Source: an uncultured Rhizobium sp.
GTDB lineage: Bacteria > Pseudomonadota > Alphaproteobacteria > Rhizobiales > Rhizobiaceae
Direction of reading: 5' to 3'
Assembly (NCBI GenBank): GCA_945952045.1
Contig: CAMFHE010000001.1
Coordinates: 74,041-138,040, forward strand
Length of the DNA stretch: 64,000 bases
Shown here: in pieces, positions 57,455-64,000 of the stretch
Numbering within the stretch: the stretch's first letter is position 1
Layout of the letters: the number at the start of each line of letters is the position of its first letter
Made by a program: the position numbers and the translations under genes
The notes under the pieces: generated by a model
Seen by the model: the letters and a program-made list of their open reading frames with translations, nothing else
What the model was told of the DNA's origin: nothing
Database searches by the model: none

Positions 57455-58330
57455 TCAGCTACGGACGAATGCATACAGCCTTCCCCGCATCGGGCCTGAA
57501 ATGATGCGGAAACCGACATAAAGCGTTGTCACCATCAGGAATTGTCTCAGGGTCAGGAAACCTTCCCTGAGATAGTGGTAACGAAACCGGATTTCGTTGA
57601 CGGCATAGGTCAGGCCGCCACGGCGCTCGTTGAGGCCGGCGCCCGTACGCGACTTGACGAGAACCTTTGGAATTATGTGGAAGCGGACGCCGGCGAGCAC
57701 CATGCGAATCCACAGGTCGTAATCTTCCAGCAGGCCGAACTTCATCCGGTATCCGCCGGCCGCGCGCAGCACTTCCGCCCTGCAGGCAACGGAGGGATGG
57801 ACCAGGATGTTGCGCCAGTGCAGCGCTTGCACAATCGCCTCATGCGTCGTCGGGGCTGTCCGCAGTCGCGTTGCGGGATGTTCGTCGTAGAACTCCTCGG
57901 CCCAGGAGGCGACGAGCCCGATGTCGGGATGGCTTTCGAGATAATCCATTTCGAGGGCGATCCGATCCGGCAGACAGATGTCGTCGCTGTCCATGCGCAG
58001 GATGAATGGCTGGACGCATCGGGCAAGCCCGGCGTTCAGCGCCTCCGCAAGCCCGCTGTTCCTCTCAAGCCGGACGACCAGAAATGCCCATGACGCATCC
58101 AGCGCCGCAAATTCGGCGATGACTTTTTCCTGATCCTCCCCGACCGGGCCATCAAGCACGAGCACGATCTGGTCGGCGGACCTTGTCTGGATGCGGAGGC
58201 TTTCTAGGCTTGCCGCAAGGTTCGATGCCTTCTCTCGCGCATAGGTCGCCATCAGGACAGATATGCCCATTGGGAAAACCGGAGCGGTATCGGCGGCAGT
58301 TTCCGGGCCGGCCCCTCGTCGATCCATCAT
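57455..58330 (-). CDS. Glycosyltransferase family 2
   Basis: ISVLMATY, NSGLAEALN.G, RMDSDD, EDYDLW. Confidence 0.9.
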   Translation of the reverse strand: MMDRRGAGPETAADTAPVFPMGISVLMATYAREKASNLAASLESLRIQTRSADQIVLVLDGPVGEDQEKVIAEFAALDASWAFLVVRLERNSGLAEALNAGLARCVQPFILRMDSDDICLPDRIALEMDYLESHPDIGLVASWAEEFYDEHPATRLRTAPTTHEAIVQALHWRNILVHPSVACRAEVLRAAGGYRMKFGLLEDYDLWIRMVLAGVRFHIIPKVLVKSRTGAGLNERRGGLTYAVNEIRFRYHYLREGFLTLRQFLMVTTLYVGFRIISGPMRGRLYAFVRS

Positions 58331-58331
58331 G

Positions 58332-59024
58332 TCACCTCGCTCCCGTGGGGTTGAGGATGACGCGCGGCGTCTTCGCCAGAATGACGAGATCGCGCAGGAG
58401 ATTATGGTTGCGGACGTATTCGACGTCGAGCTCGACGCGGCGCTCGTAGCTGACATCGTTGCGGCCGCTGACCTGCCATAGGCCGGTTATGCCGGGCAGC
58501 ACGCTGGCATATTCGCCGACATGCTCCTTGTAGCGGGCAAGCTCGGCGCCCGTTACCGGGCGAGGGCCGACAAGGCTCATCTCGCCGCGCAGCACGTTGA
58601 AGATCTGCGGCAGTTCGTCGAAGCTGGTCTTGCGCAGAAACTTGCCGATCGGCGTAATGCGCGGGTCGAACATCAGTTTCTGGTCGCGCGCCCATTCATC
58701 GCTCGCCTGGGGATGATGCCCGAGATACTCGTCGAGGCAGTGGTCGGCATCGAGGATCATCGTTCTGAACTTCAGGCAATCGAATGGGGTGATGCCTTTT
58801 CCAACGCGTGAATGCCGATAAAGAACGGGGCCGCCGTCGAGGGCGACGAGAATAGCGATGATCAGCAGCAGGGGGGCGCTGGCGATCAACAGGAGGATGC
58901 CAAGCGTCAGGTCGAAGACCCGCTTGGCCGTCACGCCGAGAGATGACTGGCGCACGGGCCATGCTGCGACGGGCAAGGCCCGTGACGACAGCGACGCCTC
59001 GCCGAGCTTTTGAATCTGGTTCAC
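58332..59024 (-). CDS. Priming sugar-1-phosphate transferase (ExoY-like)
   Basis: KRVFD, KFRTM, DPRIT.IG.FLRKTS.DELPQ, MSLVGPRP, PGITGLWQVSGR. Confidence 0.93.
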   Translation of the reverse strand: MNQIQKLGEASLSSRALPVAAWPVRQSSLGVTAKRVFDLTLGILLLIASAPLLLIIAILVALDGGPVLYRHSRVGKGITPFDCLKFRTMILDADHCLDEYLGHHPQASDEWARDQKLMFDPRITPIGKFLRKTSFDELPQIFNVLRGEMSLVGPRPVTGAELARYKEHVGEYASVLPGITGLWQVSGRNDVSYERRVELDVEYVRNHNLLRDLVILAKTPRVILNPTGAR

Positions 59025-59374
59025 GGCAAATCCTCCGAAGCCGAATACCTATTCAGCTTTTCGAGGATCAAGCACACCATTGGTGGGATACATATTGCAA
59101 GGAAACTGAGGGAGTACCTCCAAGGTGATGCAATCGAAATAGCTATCATGGAAAAATTCTATAACTATATATGACTATATATAGTAATTTATGAATAGTA
59201 AGCTTTTTGAAGTTGAAATAAATATGACCGTATTACATTATGGTTGTTTGAGTGCGTGATTCGCGGCGAAGATTCTGTGTGAGTTCGGTACAACGGAGTT
59301 ACCATAATATTGTTTGCTGCCGGGAAAGACAAAATAGTATGTGATGAAGTTTTGAGTGCCCGCGCGCCGGGAAA

Positions 59375-60178
59375 ATGGGAAGACGTGTTATGCTTATCCC
59401 GACATATATATTCGACTCTTGCCGGTTGTTTCGCGAAGGCGCGAGGTTGATCCTCAATGCGGCCTCGTTTGACGTCCTCGGAATGGGGGAGACGTTGAAG
59501 GATGTCCACACCCTGCCGCCGTCTGAGTCCGCCACCCTTTTCGTCATCGGCAACCCGGCCAGCGGTACCGTTCTCGAATTTATCGAATGCATTCTGGCCT
59601 GTAACCGGCTGGCGCGCATCGCCGTGGTCGTCGATAGCTATGACGACAGGGCGTCGACCGCGATCCTGGAACGCGGCGCCAAGGGGTATCTGCACAAGAA
59701 TCTATCGGCCGAAAGCTTCGTGAAGGCCTTGCAACTGATCGCCGAGGAATGCTCCGTCGTTGCCGGCTGGCCGGCGGCGAACAAGGATCGCGAGGCGAGT
59801 TCGCAAAACCTGCCGCTCTCGATCCGCCCGTCGCCGCTTCCGAGCGGCCCGATTCTGCGCACGGCGACGCTTTCCGAGCCCGAGGTGGTCGACCGGGACG
59901 AGCCGGCGGGCAGCGCGGACGACAATGTCGCCAGTCTCGAACTGCACAATGCCCGTGCCGGATTGCGGCTGCGCAATCTTTCGCCGCGTGAGACGGCCAT
60001 TCTCAAGCTGGTCATGAGCGGCGAGTCCAACAAGCAGATCGCCCGCGATCTCTCCATAACGGAAAGCACGGTCAAGGTTCACATCAAGACCATTCTTCGC
60101 AAGATCGATGTCAAGAACCGCACGCAGGCGGCGATCTGGGCATTGGCCGACCCGGATTTCACGCCATCATCGCATTAG
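59375..60178 (+). CDS. LuxR/NarL-type regulator with degenerate receiver domain
   Basis: LSPRETAIL..G.SNKQIARDL.ITESTVKVHIK.ILRK..VKNRTQAA; receiver-like N-terminus with GAKGYL but no phospho-Asp. Confidence 0.88.
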   Translation: MGRRVMLIPTYIFDSCRLFREGARLILNAASFDVLGMGETLKDVHTLPPSESATLFVIGNPASGTVLEFIECILACNRLARIAVVVDSYDDRASTAILERGAKGYLHKNLSAESFVKALQLIAEECSVVAGWPAANKDREASSQNLPLSIRPSPLPSGPILRTATLSEPEVVDRDEPAGSADDNVASLELHNARAGLRLRNLSPRETAILKLVMSGESNKQIARDLSITESTVKVHIKTILRKIDVKNRTQAAIWALADPDFTPSSH

Positions 60179-60466
60179 AGTATAATCCGGCGGGAGTGAA
60201 ACGAGGATCGACAAGGTTATGCTTCAAAATAAAGAACTTGGAGTGCCGATGTAATTCAATCGGCTCGAAAAGCTCTATCGTTTTGTTTTTGCCGCATTGT
60301 CTGACGCAAAAGCGATACCGCTTTGGCTTGAAATACTCTAGCGTCAAAACTCCACTCAGCATATTCGCGTAGGCGAGTGCTTCTGTACCCTATCCATTCT
60401 GTTGGGAAGGCTGGCCGGCACGGAGCGCATGGTGATGGCGCACCGGCCAGCCGGGAAGAGAGGCGG

Positions 60467-61225
60467 TCATTCCGCCGCGGGAAGCTTCGTGGTGATCGCC
60501 ACGCGTGGTATGCCGTTGGGGTCAAGAACGAAGAGAACTTCGCTATAGGCCTTGGTCCGGGCGATCATTGCGGCTGCCTGGCGCTCCTGTCCCTGACCGA
60601 ATTCGAAAGCCAGCCAGCCACCCGGTTTCAGAAAATCAAGCGCATCCCGAACCAGCCGTTGCTGGATCGAAATGCCGTAGGGGCCGCCGTCGAAGGCTTC
60701 GCGCGGTTCGGAGTCCAAGAGATGGGCGCGATCGCCGTTCAGGCGGCCGGTGGAAATATAGGGTGGGTTGCACATCACCAGATCGATCTGGCCCTCCAGT
60801 CCGATATTTCTGAGTTTCTCGAACATATCGCCCTGCATCACCGTGACGCGGTGCTGCAGCTCGAAGCGCAGGACATTGTTCCAGGCCACCGCGACGGTGT
60901 CTGCCGTCAGATCGCAAGCCCAGACGTCGGCCTGCGGAATTTGATGGGCGATGGAGATCGCCAGATTGCCGCAGCCGCAACACATATCGATGACACGGGG
61001 ATTTGCCGGCCCGCTGGACAGTCTTTCTATACACACCGTCGCCAGCAGTTCGGTCTCCTTGCGCGGCGCAAGGACATTGGGCCCCAGCTTGAAGCCAAGG
61101 CCCATGAACATCGCCAACTTGTCCTTGAAGGTATTCATTTCGGGTTGAAAGAGCATCACCTCCCGGGGAAGATAAATATCCTCCGCCGTATCGGAGGGCG
61201 CTGCTTGCCGATAATTGCGTGACAT
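60467..61225 (-). CDS. HemK/PrmC-like N-methyltransferase lacking the N-terminal domain
   Basis: VLAPRKETELL, IDMCCGCGNL, NPPY, EP..AFDGGPYG, LKPGGWLAFEFG; GGAGG RBS. Confidence 0.85.
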   Translation of the reverse strand: MSRNYRQAAPSDTAEDIYLPREVMLFQPEMNTFKDKLAMFMGLGFKLGPNVLAPRKETELLATVCIERLSSGPANPRVIDMCCGCGNLAISIAHQIPQADVWACDLTADTVAVAWNNVLRFELQHRVTVMQGDMFEKLRNIGLEGQIDLVMCNPPYISTGRLNGDRAHLLDSEPREAFDGGPYGISIQQRLVRDALDFLKPGGWLAFEFGQGQERQAAAMIARTKAYSEVLFVLDPNGIPRVAITTKLPAAE

Positions 61226-61507
61226 TGATTTTCCTCCGCGCCGCCGGGGCTGCTTTACACGCGATGCAAACAGATCTGCCGAAACCGGTGGCCCCACGGT
61301 AGCGATGGTCCCACCAGAATACAGGGGCGTAAAGGTCGTGTGGCGGGAGCAAGAGAGTTACCTCCTTCGCGTCTGCGCCGTGGCGGCTAATCCTGCCAGC
61401 GGGGGTAGCCCCTCTGCGCCGTTGCTTCGCCCGTGAAGCGCCGACAAGCTGACCTTTGCGGAAATTGCGCCATGAGTCTCTTTGCAATTCCGCCCTGCGA
61501 GGCGCGT

Positions 61508-63469
61508 ATGTGTGGAATTGTCGGATATTTTGGCCAAGGGATGGCTTCGGACGAGGCGGTGATCGTCCTGCAGCGCATGAGCCATGCGCTGCGCCATCGC
61601 GGTCCCGACGAGTCCGGTATCTATACCGATGTCCGCGCCGGCTTTGGCCATCGCCGGCTTTCCATCGTCGGTCTTGCCGATGGGCAGCAACCGATGCGCA
61701 ATGGCGATGGCTCGCTGTGGATCAGCTTCAATGGCGAGATCTTCAACCACGTCGAAATCCGCCGGTCACTCGAGGCAAAAGGGCATCGTTTTCGCACCGC
61801 CTCTGACACAGAGGTGATCCTGCATCTCTATCAGGAGAAAGGCGACGCCTGCCTCGACGCGTTGAACGGAGATTTCGCCTTCGCGATCTGGGACGGCCGC
61901 AGAGAGCGGATGCTGATTGCACGCGACCGGATGGGCGTCCGACCGCTGTTTTACGCGCAGCGGCGCGGAATGGTGTTTTTCGCTTCTGAAATCAAGGCCT
62001 TGCTGCAAGTGCCCGGCATCGATGCCGCGATCGATCCCTTCGCGCTCGACCAGGTTTTCACCTGCTGGGCGCCTGTGCCTCCGCGCACCATGTTCAAGGG
62101 CGTTTCCGAATTGCCGGCCGGCCATTTCATGGTGCTGGACGGCTCAGGTCTTTCGGTGCGCCAATACTGGGATCTTTCATTCCCGCCAGACGGTGAAGAC
62201 TTTGGACGACAGGACGAATCGGAGATCGCGGACGAGTTGCTGGCGCTTCTCGACGACGCGACCGCGATCCGCATGCGCGCCGATGTGCCTGTCGGCGCTT
62301 ATCTCTCGGGCGGGCTGGATTCCTCCATCACCTGCGCGCTGGCGAAACCTTATGCCGCCGCAGGGCTGCGTACATTTTCGGTGACGTTCGATACGGCCGA
62401 GCATGACGAAAGTCCGTTTCAAGAACAGATGGTATCGGCGCTCGGCACCTGGCATTCGGCCGTTGCCTGCGGCGCGGAAGACATCGCCGGTGCTTTCCCG
62501 TCCGTGATTTCCCATACGGAAAAGCCCGTTATCCGCACGGCGCCGGCTCCGCTCCACACTCTGTCGCGGCATGTGCACGACGCGGGCATGAAGGTCGTGC
62601 TGACGGGCGAGGGCGCAGATGAAGTCTTCGCGGGCTACGATATTTTCAAGGAGGCCGGCGTCCGCCGCTTCTGCGCGCGGCAGCCGGCGTCGCGTCGGCG
62701 GCCGCTGCTTTTCAGCCGTCTCTATCCCTATTTGCCGGGATTGACGCAGCAGACGCCGGAATCGCTTGCCGCCTTCTTCGGGGGCAGGGGTGAAGATGTT
62801 GCCGATCCGCTTTTTTCGCATCGGCCCCGCTTTCGCAGCACGGCAGCGGCGAAGATCTTCTTCTCGGGCGACTTGCGCAAGACGCTTGCAGGCTACGACG
62901 CGACCGATGAAATTGTGGCGCGTCTGCCGGGCGATTTCGCCCGCTGGCACCCGCAACATCAGGCGCAATATCTCGAAACGAAATTTCTGCTGCCGGATTA
63001 CATCCTGTCGAGCCAGGGAGACCGCATGGCCATGGCGCATGGCGTCGAGGGGCGTTTCCCCTTCCTCGACCACCGGGTCGTCGAATATGCGGCGCGGCTC
63101 GCGCCCTCTCTGAAACTGAAAGGTTTCGTCGAAAAACACATCCTGCGCAGAGCGGTCGCCGGTTTGTTGCCGCCATCCATCGCCAGACGCACGAAACAGC
63201 CTTATCGCGCGCCGGATAGCCGTTCCTTCCTCTCGGCGCGGGAGCCGGATTACGTTCGCCGCTCCTTTTCGCCGCAGGCGCTCGACGAGACGGGCCTTTT
63301 CAACCCGGCCGCCGCCGCGAAGCTGCTGGAAAAATGCCGTCGCCAGACCGATGGCTTCCGCGACAACGCTGCCTTTGTCGGCATCCTGTCCACCCAGCTT
63401 TGGCATCGGACATTCACGCAAGGATCCATTTTCAACGACGACGGCCGCATTTTGACGGCGGTGAATTAA
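61508..63469 (+). CDS. asnB: Asparagine synthetase family glutamine amidotransferase
   Basis: MCGIVG, HRGPD, FNGEIFN, SDTEV, LSGGLDSS, GEGADE, EGRFPFLD. Confidence 0.92.
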   Translation: MCGIVGYFGQGMASDEAVIVLQRMSHALRHRGPDESGIYTDVRAGFGHRRLSIVGLADGQQPMRNGDGSLWISFNGEIFNHVEIRRSLEAKGHRFRTASDTEVILHLYQEKGDACLDALNGDFAFAIWDGRRERMLIARDRMGVRPLFYAQRRGMVFFASEIKALLQVPGIDAAIDPFALDQVFTCWAPVPPRTMFKGVSELPAGHFMVLDGSGLSVRQYWDLSFPPDGEDFGRQDESEIADELLALLDDATAIRMRADVPVGAYLSGGLDSSITCALAKPYAAAGLRTFSVTFDTAEHDESPFQEQMVSALGTWHSAVACGAEDIAGAFPSVISHTEKPVIRTAPAPLHTLSRHVHDAGMKVVLTGEGADEVFAGYDIFKEAGVRRFCARQPASRRRPLLFSRLYPYLPGLTQQTPESLAAFFGGRGEDVADPLFSHRPRFRSTAAAKIFFSGDLRKTLAGYDATDEIVARLPGDFARWHPQHQAQYLETKFLLPDYILSSQGDRMAMAHGVEGRFPFLDHRVVEYAARLAPSLKLKGFVEKHILRRAVAGLLPPSIARRTKQPYRAPDSRSFLSAREPDYVRRSFSPQALDETGLFNPAAAAKLLEKCRRQTDGFRDNAAFVGILSTQLWHRTFTQGSIFNDDGRILTAVN

Positions 63470-63480
63470 GGAGAGGCATC

Positions 63481-63750
63481 ATGATGTTGGTAAAAGAGCA
63501 GATACGGTCCTTTATCGTCGAAAGCTTTCTGTTCGGCGATAGCTCGCGCACCCTGTCCGACGACGACTCGTTGATCGAAAACGACGTCGTGGATTCCACA
63601 GGCATTCTCGAACTCGTCAGCTTCGTCGAAGACAATTTCGCCATCACCGTCGCCGATGCCGAGATCCTGCCGTCCAATTTCGATTCCATCGCCAGGGTAG
63701 CGGCATACGTGGCCAGCAAGACGCCGGTTCCGCTCGCAGTGGCAAGCTGA
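63481..63750 (+). CDS. Acyl carrier protein
   Basis: Acidic 89 aa protein, VDSTGILELV phosphopantetheine site, NFDSI. Confidence 0.88.
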   Translation: MMLVKEQIRSFIVESFLFGDSSRTLSDDDSLIENDVVDSTGILELVSFVEDNFAITVADAEILPSNFDSIARVAAYVASKTPVPLAVAS

Positions 63751-63763
63751 CCGGGAGAGGCCG

Positions 63764-64000
63764 ATGCGTGTCGAGGATTTCCTGCGCGAGAGCACCCAAC
63801 GATTTGGCGACAAGACGGCGGTCATCGCCGGAACGACGCGGTTGAGTTATGCCGCGCTCAATGTCGCTTCCGATCGCCTGGCGGCGCGCCTGCAGGAAAA
63901 TGGTATCGCCGCCGGCGATCGCGTCGCCATCTTCATGGACAATCGGTGGGAGGCGGTCGTCGCGATCTTTGCGGTGCTGAAAGCCGGCGCCGTCTTCAGC
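63764..64000 (+). CDS. AMP-forming acyl ligase / adenylation enzyme (3' truncated by window)
   Basis: Manual translation MRVEDFLRES..DKTAV..RLSYAAL..GDRVAIFMDN..AIFAVLKAGAVF; GGAGAG RBS. Confidence 0.85.
   Translation, partial: MRVEDFLRESTQRFGDKTAVIAGTTRLSYAALNVASDRLAARLQENGIAAGDRVAIFMDNRWEAVVAIFAVLKAGAVFS

Noticed and set aside
60467-61225. NPPY protein as a DNA methylase of a restriction/defence system
   Set aside because: PRxETE and EP..A.DGG motifs are HemK-type; no nuclease or specificity gene nearby.
61226-63469. asnB as a lasso-peptide cyclase with a precursor in the intergenic region
   Set aside because: It retains the catalytic N-terminal Cys glutaminase domain, there are no B1/B2 proteins, no convincing precursor ORF, and it is followed by an ACP.
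1-64000. CRISPR arrays, tRNA/rRNA genes, IS elements, prophage genes
   Set aside because: No regularly spaced repeats, RNA gene signatures, or transposase/integrase/phage ORFs seen by eye; covariance-model searches were not run.

Overview
GC-rich, gene-dense window from a Rhizobiaceae-type alphaproteobacterium, probably an accessory/chromid-like region. Left to right: end of a peptide ABC operon; a dCache chemoreceptor; DUF982; a BacA/ExsE-like ABC half-transporter; an uncharacterised BetI-like-regulated CoA-dependent catabolic cluster (ThDP enzyme, PotABCD-type importer, two crotonases, acyl-CoA dehydrogenase, ADP-forming CoA ligase); a trigonelline-degradation (tgn-like) cluster with its own ABC importer; bioY-bioR with two BIOR boxes; a complete phenylacetate (paa) cluster with both PaaX and PaaR, extended by a FeaR-like regulator, an aldehyde dehydrogenase and a copper amine oxidase; a Wzx/Wzy exopolysaccharide operon whose flippase is fused to a GH16 glycanase; a pseudo-receiver LuxR regulator; a truncated HemK-like methyltransferase; and an asnB-ACP-acyl ligase module that runs off the right edge. 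No rRNA, tRNA, CRISPR array or transposase was seen. The best candidates for undescribed systems are the EPS locus with its flippase-GH16 fusion and adjacent amidation/methylation/ACP module, and the BetI-controlled CoA cluster. All family assignments come from motifs and remembered sequence similarity; no searches were run.
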